A DNA stretch of 64,000 nucleotides, taken from contig OZ316894.1 of assembly GCA_973895155.1 (NCBI GenBank), positions 18,452,805 through 18,516,804 on the forward strand, in the 5' to 3' direction. The DNA is from Marsupella aquatica. Taxonomy: Eukaryota > Plantae > Marchantiophyta. This document shows positions 40,181 to 52,756 of the stretch, piece by piece (position 1 is the stretch's first letter; every line of letters begins with the position of its first letter). Under the pieces are notes generated by a model that had not been told where the DNA came from, ran no database searches, and saw only the letters and a list, made by a program, of their open reading frames with translations. Position numbers and translations under genes: made by a program.

Positions 40181-41342
40181 TCATTGTGGGTTGCTGAGGT
40201 TCAGTAATTTCGGTGTCCATGGGCTCACCTGAATGTATTTTCACGAGTAGCGTGCTTGCTGTGAATCTCTTACACTTTTCTCGAATACCTGTAAAGACTG
40301 CTTTATGGTGGAAGTGTTTCTAAGTATACAGGCTTTTTATCCCTTTCAGCAGAAGATACCAACCTTTTCTTTCATTCTTTAACGACCTCTCCAGTTGAAT
40401 AATTCTTGATAGTGGGGGGATGTATAGCTCGTACGTTAGTTCTCAATAGTCCTGGTATTCTTGTGCAGTTGGGCTGGTCAGATTTTGTGCTTGAGGTTGT
40501 CCTCTGACCGCTGAATGAATCTTCAAGTGGATTTTCAGTGAATCATATTCTCAAAGGGCCTACGGTGTCAGGTGTGAACCAGTGACGGAAGAACCTCTGA
40601 TGGAATATAATCTGATTTCGAATCATTTTTGCGACGAAGGCTTGCGAGTGGAATTTGCCATGAGTTCGATGATGGAATCTGATGGAGTTATGAGGAGCCT
40701 TTGAAAGCTAGGTATCTGTTTTGCACATTGCTGAAAATGAATTGTTGCAATGGTAGATAGCTCTGATTAATTGCGGTCAATTTTGGCGTCAATATCTTCC
40801 AGGAAGGAGTCTATCTCGTGCGCTGTTATCCTGAAACATGACCCTCTATAACTTGACTCAGTGGCCAATTCCGAGACATACTAAACGAGCCGGTTTCCAA
40901 AAAAAACACGGAAAGTGGAATTAATTGGGAAAGCGGGAGTGCGGCGAGAATTTTTAGCACGAACACAAGAATCATATGTGAGTGAAATCAATGATGTGTC
41001 TGACATCTTGCAACTTCGCCCTCACTAACTCAATTGTGCAGCAGACACATTCCTGGCAGACGAAGATGTGGCGAGCTACTATTTCCAATCTCCCTGCAAT
41101 TTTTGGGAAGACCTGATTCATAAAGGCTGTGAACTACACAGTTAATCAGTCTAGAACTACAGCCATAAACCAATCAACTCCGTTTGAGTATACATCCATC
41201 GCTGCAAAACCAATTTCAGTCACTCAAATTACTAGCAATACATCTTAATATGTGTACGTTCCGAAAGAACAACGACAAACAGGCTGAAAAATGTCTGATT
41301 GTTCGATTGATGAACAGGCTCAAATGTAGTCCATTGAGCTGG

Positions 41343-41395
41343 GTTTTGATCGGGTACGATGAGAACAGCAAAGCTCATCGCTGCTATTGTCCTGT
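41343..41395 (+). mobile_element. Tiny copia pol relic (post-integrase SH3-like motif)
   Basis: Translates VLIGYDENSKAHRCYCP, resembling the copia motif FxGY...SKAYRxY.P. No further homology is visible. Confidence 0.45.
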
Positions 41396-41947
41396 GGATA
41401 GCTGGATGCAGTCTAGACCGATGTGTTTATTATGTAGTCTTTGCGTTCTCTTATTTGGATCCGGATCTGCTTTTGTGGCTGCACAAGTCCCTGACCGCGT
41501 ACGAGTAGTGAAGTTTCTGGTCATACATTATTTTGTCCCAGCATCTTCTTGGGGCCAAATCAGCAATTCATATAATTTCCATAAAGCACTTCCGGCTTTC
41601 TTGCTCACTTTGGATTCGAAAAGCGCAGGGAAGCGAAATCTTTTAGATTTCTCCATTGTGAAGGAGAAGCTTCTAGTAATATTCATGATCTATTTGATGC
41701 TAGGATCTTTAAGGTTTCTCCTTTTTGGCCATTGTGAGGAATGTCAGCCTCTGTGAAGGAGAAGATGCTAGCAATATTCATGAACTATTTTGGTGAGAAA
41801 ATGCCTGAGCCAAATGTGTCAAGTCTAGGAATAAAAATTACAATACTTTGAATCAAAGTGCCCCTTGTTCCACTATTTTAGATCACCTCAAGAGAGGAGG
41901 TCTAAGCTTTTGACAAAAAGGCATGTACACTTCAGGGTAAAAACTGG

Positions 41948-42062
41948 CCTCATGACAGGGCCAGTGTCCAATGACTAGATTCCAAAATGGTTTTGCTTGC
42001 CTTTTTACCCTCATGACAGGGCCAGTGTCCAATGACTAGATTCCAAAATGGTTTTGCTTGCC
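41948..42062. repeat. 61-bp-period tandem duplication
   Basis: cctcatgacagggccagtgtccaatgactagattccaaaatggttttgcttgcc at 41948 and 42009. Confidence 0.95.
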
Positions 42063-44237
42063 CTCAATTCAATGTAAAGTGAAATGTGGTCTGTTCCCAC
42101 ATTTGAATGGCTAGTATTGCATTTCACACATAGGGAACAGGTAATATTGCATTTCACACATAGGGAACAAACCTGTTGTCAGTTCTTGTAAAGTGCCCCT
42201 TACATAAGTTGGACGAGTTCCATGCTCAGCACCTGGCTCACCCAGTGTATTTTTTAAGGATTAGTGGCGAATGTAAAGTGTGTGAAGGAGAAGATGCTCA
42301 AAAGATTCCAAGATTCCCTATTATTTTTCTGACTGTCAGATCTCCCTAGATTTAAAGCTGACCGTTAGATTCTGGTTAATGGGGCCTGGGATTAGGTGGA
42401 ACACTGGCTAGGCAGCAAAAAAGTAGCAAATTTTTAGCCAAAAGTGGCGAAAGATTTTTGGGGAGATGGAATCTAGTAAATTTTTGCCACTAAAGCAAAC
42501 ACTCACCTTAAACCACTCCTGGCTCAGGTGGTGAAGTGTAGTAAATTTAGATGGACTTAACCTAACTCTATTCAATGACAATGAATTTCGTGTGTCAGAT
42601 TTTATCCCCAATAGGATTTTTTGGGGGTTTTGTTTCTTAAAGTACGGAGGCTGGTGTCCACTTGGCAAAATTGGCCGGCCCAATGGGACAGGTTGCAAAT
42701 GGCCACTACGGCAAAAAGCAGAGAGAGACGAAAGCATTATTTTGCAAATAGACACTTGACAGGACATATAGTATGAGCCATCTATTACGAGTTTTTTATA
42801 AGACTGTCGGTGAAAAGTGGTGGACATCATTGGAATCGCGATACGTCATACGTGTGGACGATCATTCTCAAAAAAAAATTTCTCCTTTTTGGCATTTATG
42901 GCGAATATCGCCTTCTGTGATGAGAAGGTGCTAGGAACCTTTTTGATCTACTTTTGCTAGTTAGATAATCGGGACAAATCCCCCTAGATTTAAGGATGAC
43001 CATCAGATTTTAAATAATCGAGTCCATGATTATATCTTTACTGTCATTTAGTGTCACTGAACAATTAGTGAATCAGTGAATTAATGTCACAGACACTAAT
43101 TAGGGGGAGCCTTTGGATTTTCATACAAGGAACACTATAGTCATGCAAGTGACACTACAACATATTAGTGTCTCCATCACTAAAAACAATCACCCACCCC
43201 AAATATAACCCACAACTAATTTGAGTGTGTGAGACTAAATACTTAAAGAGTGTAATGAAGGAATTGGCTAATGAGAAATAGAAAACCTAGCTTATTTTCG
43301 CCAAGATTGGCTAAGATTGTTGACCTTCCCTTATGGGCTATTCGCCTCACTTGCTCCGGAGTACTCATTTCAAAGGTGATTATCTCATTTTTATTTTTAT
43401 TTAGAAGAGTCTATTCTTTGTTTTTATATCTGGTTGAATGTAGACAGAACGTCCTTTAACTTTTTCTTTAGTTTTAAATGATTCCAATTTTTGTAATGTG
43501 GTCCAGGTTCCAGGCTCCCTAAGGCTAGTAACTCAAATTCAATTTGTGAGCCCCACCCCCTGTCAATGCAAAAAACAATTGAATATGTACAGTGCCTCGT
43601 CGTTAGGTTACAATTTAACAATGATCCCTACCTGATAATACCATTTGTGCATATCAGTACATTATGGGCCTCATCCTTTTCCTTATTATGTTCAGTGGTC
43701 ATACCCAATCATTGCAGGTTACATTTTCTTCATTTATTTATGAGGTTGCTTAAAGTTTCTTAGCTGCTTAAAGTTGCTTAAAGATACTGATTTATCAATT
43801 AGGTTGCTTAAAGTTGGAGCAACCTTGTCAAGCTTTAAGGAAATGATGAATCTAAGGGCGGTTGAGACACATGGAAATGAAAAGGCCCTAGTAGTATACT
43901 TTTAAAGCACTGCTGGTAAACTTCCCTGATTTTTCCTTTGATTTCCCTCTTTATTTGGTTTCTTGTCTTGGGTATCTTGTCTGCCTCTAGTATGGCCCCA
44001 TCTATTCTTTGCAGACGTGATTTGTTTTAGAACAATTGGTCCGTAGCCATAATCCATTCGAAACGGAACAAACAAAGCACAATTTTAAAGGGATACGGAA
44101 ACAGGTCCAAATAGGACAATCGCCAAACACTAAAATAGAGGCAGATGCAACCCTGAAACTAAGGAAGAGGAACATGTTTGATGAACTGTCTAGCCTACCA
44201 TATAATCACAAACAGAAGCTACTTTTAAGGGCTACTG

Positions 44238-44757
44238 TCTAGAGTGAAACCTCGTCTAGAGTGAAACCTCTAGACTGTAACTCAAATAAGGACAAAATGT
44301 ATAATGACTTTGAATAAACAAATCTAAAAGCCCGTCCAAAAGGTGCACACACAAAAATAGGTATGCAAAGATAACGGAAAAGAGTACATAGATTTTTTTT
44401 TCATTTCAATTTCTTTTTGTTTTCAATTCTATTTACGTTCAAGGAACCTCTAGTCAGGCTAGTATATAAAGCGCAAAGGGAAGCTAGAGTTGAAGTCTAG
44501 ACTTCTAGAGTGAAGACTCTAGACCGTGACTCAAGGGAGTGATGATGGCCTAGGCATGATGATTTTTCATCATTTTATAACCTTCAAAGAATGGGAATAG
44601 AAAAAAAGTTTTGTTTACATTTTTATTGTCCTCTCTTCAATTACTCTCCTCTATTCACGTTCAAAGAACGGGTAGTGGGGCTAGTATTTATAAAGAGCCA
44701 ATTACAAGCTAGAGTTGGGGCCTAGGTTTCTAGAGTGAAGCCTCTAGACGTAACTCC
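44238..44757. repeat. Degenerate ~225-265-bp repeat anchored by tctagagtgaaRcctctagac
   Basis: Anchor at ~44256, ~44504 and ~44729. Shared flanks ctatt.acgttcaa.gaac and ggctagtat...aagctagagttg. Confidence 0.65.
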
Positions 44758-46500
44758 ATGGCTCACATGTGGATGAAAAAACTCATGGCTATGATGTGGG
44801 TCAAATTAATGATAATAATACGAGCCTTGTGCATCCTATCCTTGAACATGTTTCATTTTTTGTCTTGTAATTCATTTTGTTAATTAACAATATAAGTATA
44901 CATGAATGTCCAGGACATTATGTGCCCAGGACAGTGAGAGCTGAAGCTCCAGGCTCTCGTGGCTCATAAAATCCTGGTCAAGACCCAAATACATTTAAAA
45001 GCGTTTGTTTAATTTTAGTCAAAATAGATAATACTTAGTGTGAACCCAGGGGTTTTCTATGAAGCCCCTTGGATTTTCCAAAGTTTAGGGTTGGACTCAC
45101 TCAGAACATTAAACAAAATGCTAGGGTAATGCTCTTAATCTACAGACTGAAATGTGACCTGTAGACAAGCTCCTAACTGTCCGCAACCAGTTTCCATTAG
45201 TTTACATGATGGCAAGTCGGTACTCATATGCAAACTATTGCTTCACAAAAGTGAAGCGTACTTTTCCAAAGTCATAAGTCATTGCTCATTCCCAAACTAC
45301 TCAGGGCGTGCTTCACAATAATTGAGAGTTGGTTCATAATATTTGACCATATTTGCACTCATTGGCAATGAAGTAAATGATCTATTATATTACTTTGTCA
45401 GGTAATAGATTGGACATGAGGAACCTGGCTAGGAAATTTTGAGTTTAAACATACTGATCCAAACATTGTCAAAATTAACACACAAGTCTGTCAAAATTAG
45501 CATTTGGCAGTTTATTGAGGAATCTAGAAAACCCTCATGGAAAATAACCCCCACTGGAGGCTTCCCTATATTATAAGTATGCATTCTTCTTCATCAGTGT
45601 CCTGGAAGTTACAAAGAGAAAGTTTACAAGGGGCTCTAAGGTATGATATCAGTGTACTTAAACATCTTGACGTGAGTTTCTCTCTGTAATTGTAAGGGCA
45701 TTCTTTGAGAAGAATAGATAGCGAAGATTATGATCATTTCATTGTGAGAATTCTTATTTTAATTATTAAAATTAGTAAAAATAAAAATATCTTGGCCCTT
45801 TAATTAAATTAGGTATTGATGCTCCCATGGATGTTAGACAGAAGCCACCCTGGAATCTGATGGACTCATTTGGAATATTCCCTGTGATGTTAAGGTCATG
45901 TGACAATAACAATCCCCAAAAACTCAAGTTAAACCTCTCTTTTGCCAGCCAGGGCATCATGGTCCCAAACAGGAATATAAAAACTTGTCCATTGTGAGAA
46001 GTGTAACTTCCAAGCCTGGTATATTATTACTTGTCTTTTAGTGCATCACTCTTTCGGCCTCCAAAATGTGCAACCAAAAAAAAACGGTATATCACCGTGC
46101 AAATCTTAGGTATGGCACCTAGAGAAAGGTCACTGCTATTGGCTAGCTCGTCATGCCCTCGTCCAGCTATTGTAGCATTCCACTATGCCCAAGATATTGT
46201 CCCTTCGTCAATTTGCCAAGGCCACTGCTGGCTTTTTATTGCTGACTCAAATGTGCATTTCAAGGCAGAAATTTTAAAAATGATCGCATCTTCTTCTTAT
46301 TTTATTACCATCGTCTTATCGAGCATGATGATTGCATCACCTCATTGCCCGTCACGGTTGATACTCTATGCCATTTGGTTCCCCCTTCTCGTGATTCCTG
46401 GCCCCATTTTGATCCTTCGTTTTTTAATAAAGTTTACTCGGCCACTCTCCAAGGTTATTTTGTCTTGTAGCCTAACTAAACACATAGACTATGTTTTATT

Positions 46501-47860
46501 ATGAGGTACATTAAAAAGTACATTGGGGGACTGTGGAGGGCTTGGATACGCCTCAGGGCTTTTTTATCCTTTGTCTGCGGGCTGAGGGGGTTCCCTGGAC
46601 GGTGGTCAGTTGTGGACTCGCTTGGTTGTGTGAGAGGCTTTCACTCTCTTCCCAATGGGAGCATCTTGGAGGTTGCCAATCTGTGTGGCAGATTGGGTGT
46701 TCGAGCCATGAGGGACCTCTGGGATGCGGAGAGGAATTGCTGGCGAGATCTTTCTGGACGTCTCTTGGTGATCAGGGGCCTCGACGCTTCTGCTCTGGCC
46801 CGGGGATCAGAGTTTCTTGCCCTGATTTCCAGGACGCAACACTGCTGCTCAGATATGGACCTTTGTGCTGATTAGTGGCGCTGGGAAGACAAACCGGAGC
46901 CTCTGAAGGCCTCTAAATTGGAGAATTACAGATCATACCAGTTCCTTAGACCATCAGTGCTGGATATTGATGCCACTCAGTCGTTGCTGGGGGTGGACTG
47001 TGGAAGAGTGGTCGTGCGGATGGACTCAACTGAGGGAATCTGATTTATCAATGCGAGGAAATTAAAACCTTCATCTGGAGGGTGATTGCTCAGGGTCTGT
47101 TTACTGGGGAATTAATGAGCTCTTAAGATTGGCCAAGACATTTGGGACTGCAAGCTTTGTGTGGGAGTGATTGAATCTATCCCTCATCTCTTCTGGGAGT
47201 GCATCCATGTTGGCAGAGGATGGACACTTGCTCAGCAGTGTTTCCAAGGTTCATTGTTCTGTTTGAATACCGGGCTATGTGGACTCCTAGAGGCGGCAGC
47301 AGGCAGGGAAGTGATACAATCTCTCACGTGGTTCCTCATCTTTCAGGTTCTCTATTCCCTTTGGGTTGGGAGAAATGAACACATGTTTGGTGTAGGAGCA
47401 GGAAACTGGACATGATTTCAATGCTGCCGGAGGTGGCAGATCACATCCGTGATGTTTGTGACAGTCTTAAGGCTGGTAGGCGCCTCACCCGGCTCCTTGG
47501 TGCCCTCGAGAACATAAAGGCTGAACGATTAGAGTATGTGGATTAGCAAGGGTAATCCCTGATGTGTTGTGAGCCTGAAGGCTGTGTTGTTGCTGTGAGC
47601 CCTTTGGGCTCTCTTTTGAGATTGCGGTGGAGGGGGAAGAATGAATATGCGTCCCCTCTGGTGCTTGACTTACCTGTATTAGGCTGTTCTGACTTGGGTG
47701 GCCTTTTGGGTCTGGCTCCAGGCTTGATCGGATTTTATGTCTGTTTGTGTGAGGCTTGCTTTCCCCTACTCTATGCTTCAATCTGGCCTGCCTGGCTCTC
47801 CCTCATCCATGGGGTTTTTGCGGAATTATATATAAATTTCTTAAAAACATTCAGAAAAAA
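46501..47860 (+). mobile_element. 5'-truncated, decayed L1-like LINE (ORF2 3' end with zf-RVT)
   Basis: KTFIWRVIAQGLFT...CKLCVGVIESIPHLFWEC...W...LYSLWVGRNEHMF is the typical C-terminal zinc knuckle of plant LINE ORF2. Stops and frameshifts throughout, with an A-rich end near 47860. Confidence 0.8.
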
Positions 47861-48400
47861 GTGATATTAATAACCATTGAATATGTCTAATGTGTAAAAG
47901 CATGAAGAAAGCTTATGGCAAGTCATTAGTAATACAACATTTGGTAAATATAAATGAATAGGGTAATGACACTTTCAATTGTAGAGGCTGAGCTTATGGA
48001 GCACAATTGCGTCCACGTACTCTTAATTGGAATCAAAAGATACAAAGTAAGATGAATTAGTGAACTCTTTACTCCCATGGCCACACTTGACAGAGGATAT
48101 GAACTAGCCGGGTCCAAAGATACCCCACAAACACAGGTGGGTTGGCCCAAGAAGCAAGGGTGAAGAAGTCCCTAGTGAAGGTGCAAGTGTATGGTAAAGA
48201 GAAGGAGCTCATATAGAAGGGTGACCATATATAAAGGACTGGTGGATAGCCAAAGCTCCAGATCCAGTCTGGGATCCAGCCCCCACACTAGAAAGAAGAC
48301 AACTTAAGCCCGAACCAAGTCCAAACTAAGGTGAATCAAAGAGCATGCTAGAAAGGGGCACAACCACAATTTCTGCCTGACTAACATAATATTAGAATGA

Positions 48401-48940
48401 CACTAGTACATTTTGAGGCATTTTACCGATTGTATTTCCATTGGACGCCTTCAAGAAATCCGATGCGGAAATCTCACCTGTCCGATACCAAAAGAATCGC
48501 ATTTTCCGATATACTTTGTATCGGAAAACGACAATCGGAAACCAATCGGAACTACCGATACCAAAACATTTGGGAGTTCCATCCTCTAAACTGTCGGGAA
48601 ACACTATGTCCGATGCCCGTTTAATCGGATGTGTGTTCCACGCATTTTCTGTTAATGGAGGCGTCCGATTCTAGACCGATATTTTGGACATGGAAATGCC
48701 CGATTGTTTTAACATCGGAAATGTCCGATTTTGTTTGGAACGGAAATTGCGATTATAGTAGAATCGGACTTTGCGATACGTTTGGGATGGAAAAGTACAA
48801 TGATTGTGGCATTGGATATGGATCGGTATCTACCGGAAACTATTTGGCGAGCTTGATTGGGCCTATTTTAAATGGGGGGCTAATTGGGGGTTTAATTGGG
48901 GTGCAATTTAATTCTTTAACTGAGTTTTTATCTAGGGTTT
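48401..48940 (+). mobile_element. CACTA-like DNA transposon end with dense subterminal ATCGGA/TCCGAT repeats
   Basis: Begins CACTAGTACA at 48401, followed by >10 copies of (t/a)ccgat or atcgg(a) in both orientations within 450 bp. No partner TIR was found in the window. Confidence 0.55.
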
Positions 48941-49506
48941 AGAGAGGTCATTTAGTCAAGAGAGACTATCAATTTTGATTGCACATTATGTACCTTGAAA
49001 CCCGGGCATGACACGGTGTAACTATATCTTATATACAAAAATGAAATATCCAGGGCAAAAGTACAAAAAATGGAGAACATCTCCATGCATAGTGCCAGCT
49101 ATGCTAAAGGCTGGGCATATCAAATGTACATAATGCCCTCCAACTATCCACCTTGCTAGCCTAGTACTAGATCTATATATGTCTACCTAGTCCACTATCC
49201 ATACAAGCTATGTCGCGTCTTCCTCTTCTTCACACGGGAATGACTAGGCTGCTCTGCTCTATGAGTCTCTACTGCTGACACACTAGGTAGCACATTGTGA
49301 TGCCTAGCCAGGAATCACTAGGCCAATTAAGTGGGAAAACGGAGGTGTACCCTATAAACACATTAGTATAGTAACAAAAACAAGGAAATAAACAATTAAG
49401 GGTGACTATGGAACCCGGGCCGAGGCCGGAGGTAAGGACGTCGGGAGAGAGAACACAATTAGGGTTAGGGCGCGCTAAGCGTCGGTAGCTAGGGGTAACC
49501 AATGGG

Positions 49507-51103
49507 ATGAAAGACCAGAGGAGGAGAGGGGTAAGGACCGCTCGCGAGGAATGGTGGCTCAATTGCAAGCACGAACTGGGCAGACGACTATGGAAGGCCA
49601 ACTACTGTCAGCTGCTTAGGCAAGCACTCTGGGCGGGAGCAGATACCAACCATCGAGTCAAGGAGGGTATGAGCAACGTCAATCAAGCGACACATTTTTG
49701 GGGATGCCTGTTTGAACAGGCAACTGAGTACATTAGGACTTACGAGGACGAAGAATCAGAGAGAGCAGCTCGAGAACGGCAGGAGCTCGCTCGACTATGG
49801 GAGCTGCAAAAGTCTGCCTTCTTAGGAGGAGAACTCATCAAGGCCGAGTTCTTGTGGACTCCTACTACCAATCAGCTCGATGACCTTCTGTTTTGCGAAG
49901 ACAGAATCGTCGGCATTTGGGAAGCCATCAACCGCTGCAACGACGCGCACTGGGAGTTGAAGGGTAGCACGGAGGGGTGGACAAAGGCAACTGTGCTAGG
50001 AGAAACATCCACGGCAGCCGAGATGAAGAGGAAAGGAAACAATAATGAAGAGGCCACCCCGACAAAAAGAACGAGGTCGGCGGCACCAAGGAAGCCAGCA
50101 GAGCAGCTGAACAGGAGGCAGGGAGAAGCCGAAGAGGAGGAGGTTGATCCCATCAATGCCATTCCAACAAAGGATGACACCTGGAAAGGCTGGGCGGTGA
50201 CCCTACCAGAGGAAGTGCAATTACATTTTGCACGGGAGGAGGATGCATGCTTTACGGCCATGCAGACCAAGAAGTACTAGGGCTTCATGGCCGGATCCGG
50301 CTTGGAAGCCTTTGTAAGATTACCATGGCTGAAGCCGGAGGTGCCGGACTCAGACTTATTAGAATTCGTGGGATCATGGGAACCCGAGACCAATTCCACG
50401 AGGGTGTATGGGAAGGATTTCTATCTCACTCCCCGGGTGATTGCCGAGGTGTTTGGCTTGCCGATGGGTAATAAGACCAAGGTTGATACCAGGAAGACCT
50501 TACTTGACAAGGAGTTCTGGTCGTTCCTAGGACCATCAACGAAGAATGGCTTCTTCTGGAACACCTGCACCAACCCGCACATCGGAGAGATGATCGATTT
50601 CTTGCGGGTGACCATGCACTGTAACTTGCCGAGGGCAGAGATCGGCAAGGCTCAGGTCTACCTGGCAGAAAGGCCAGACCCAAGCCGGGATTACAACGAG
50701 TACCTCCTCAACCAACTGAAGAAGATCTTGAAGGAGGAACAGCAGGTGATCGGCGTGGGAAGCATGTCCCGGCTTGGCTATCACATGCCGCTGTTGTGCC
50801 GGTATGCCAGAAGTCAAATCTTTGCCCCAGTACTTCCCCTATCGGCAAGGGCACCGGAGGAGGTTTCGGAGCAGAGGCCGGCAACAGAAGAGCCCAACCA
50901 GCCTGCTAGTCCTACGATCGAGCAGGTGTTTCGGCCAAGGAAAGAAGACTTGCCGATGCAGCAATCAGGCATGTAGAATCTGCTGAAATTGCTAGAGAAG
51001 GAGAGAACGGCACCGGCAACGGCACCGGTACAGGACACTGCCCAGAGGCCGGCCTAAGCCGACTCAGGAGGGAAAACCCCTTTACCGGAGCCAAGGAGAG
51101 AAG
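49507..51103 (+). pseudogene. Retroelement accessory ORF (plant mobile domain / Athila-ORF1-like), interrupted by stops
   Basis: ORFs 49507-50280 and 50287-50976 share a frame across one TAG. The motif GLEAFVRLPW...LLEFVGSW...RVYGKDFYLTPRVIAEVFGLP resembles plant transposon accessory proteins. Confidence 0.55.
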
Positions 51104-52756
51104 TGTCACACCATTCTAGGTAGTGTTAGAGTGTATCGTACTATCTAGATTTGTATGTTTGGTATGTGTGCTATATGAGCCGATAAGGTTCCGTCAGGTT
51201 TGTGTGAGAGGGTACTTCTCACTTGTGAGGCATTGAAAGGTCATCTTTCAATGTTGAGCCTTGGAGAGAGAGGAGCTTGAGTGTGGCTATGGTGGCTGTG
51301 AGCTCCGCTTGTGTAACGTGGATTCCTTGAGTAGTGCAAGGTGTGTTAGCTTGACATACGTGTGTGATCGGATCGGTACGGGATCGATGGGGTATTGTTG
51401 ACCGGGATCGTTGTGCCGATTGTATTGAGATTACATTGAAAGATCACATTCGAAATCTGTTGTACAGACTGTGCGGACAGAAGTTCGATTGATTGAGTTG
51501 TCGATGGTTCGTGGTAGCTCGGATCGTGTGTTGTTATCGAACAGATCGTTGGTATCTTGACCTGTATCATTGTTGTCCGATCGGCCTGTTTCCCGATCGA
51601 TGTACAGATCTGTGATTGGTGACAGGTTTTGAGTTGGAGGTCGATTGATGATTTGTGGAGGAAAGCGAATGTTGAGTAGATGTTGGACAGTGGAAGTCGA
51701 TCCGTGAGGCTTCAGATCCGATTGCCGGCTACTATGAGGCTTCAGATCTGATTGTCGGCTACTGTGGGGCTTCAGATCTGATTGCCGGCTATTGTTGGAC
51801 GATGTTGGCAAGGCGCAGGTGAAGCGACGGCTCTTTTCCTGAAGGAACGGAGCTGCCAATGCCCCGTGCGGCGGTATCATCGTTTCAATGAAAGAAACGA
51901 GGGTCAAAGGTGTTGAATCAAGCTGCTGCCAATTCTATGGAAGGGCTGTGTTTTTCATGAAGGAAATCGACAGTTTTCGGGAGCTTTTCGTGAAGGAAGT
52001 AGTCATTTTTGGGGTCAGGTGTGAGGCGCACGAGGTCACCCATCCTGAAAGTGCTCGCGCGAGGCGACGCGTGAGGTCACCCATCCCGAAAGTGCTCCCA
52101 ACCGCGAGCGCGAAGTCACCCATCGCAAGCGCAGGCAGGTGTGAGGTCGAGATCACCCATCCCGGGGCTATTCCAGGCCGTGAGCGCAAGGGGAGACACG
52201 AGGTCGAGCGCAAGGAGGTCACCCATCCCGGGGCTATTCCCAGCCGCGAGCGCTTAATTGGCAAGTTCTCATCCCACCTTGTGTACACACAAGTTTTCAC
52301 AACTTGTTGTTTAGATTCAAGTGCCAGAGGACTTTATACACTTTCCGGTTTGCTTAGAGCCTTGTTTCGGGCCAAATCAGAGGCTCTTTAGAGGTTTTTG
52401 ATAATTCTGAGTTCATCTAAATACACAGATTGAACCAATTGTGCATGGTTTCTCATCTATAACATTGGGACATCATGAAGCCTATTATGAAGGCCTTTCA
52501 TTGAACATTATGAATATTTGTTTGATCAATGTGTGATCACTCTTGGTGTGGAGAGTTAGTGTTTGACTATTCTTGTTGATTGGATCCTCTCCACACTTGT
52601 TTCCTGTTTATGCGCCATGTTGGTTCGGTGTGAGCGCTTGATTCCATAGGAGTGATCTGGGTTTGCAACTGGACATTCTAGTGTGCTGTGTATTTCTCTC
52701 CTGGTGATGTTGGAGTGATGCCCAACACACCATGGTGAGTGCTTGTGGTGCTGACA
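51104..52756 (+). repeat. Putative 5' LTR (~1650 bp) of the methyltransferase-carrying gypsy element
   Basis: Perfect terminal inverted repeat TGTCA (51104) ... TGACA (52756), ending ~45 bp before the gag frame. Internal 30-bp tandem repeats (~51705-51790) and gaggtcacccatcc repeats (~52030-52235). There is no second LTR in the window to confirm it. Confidence 0.6.

Noticed and set aside
49027-49165. Possible mini-Helitron (A|TCTTATATAC...CTAG|T)
   Set aside because: The hairpin is not at the expected distance from CTAG and several CTAG candidates exist, so it cannot be supported.
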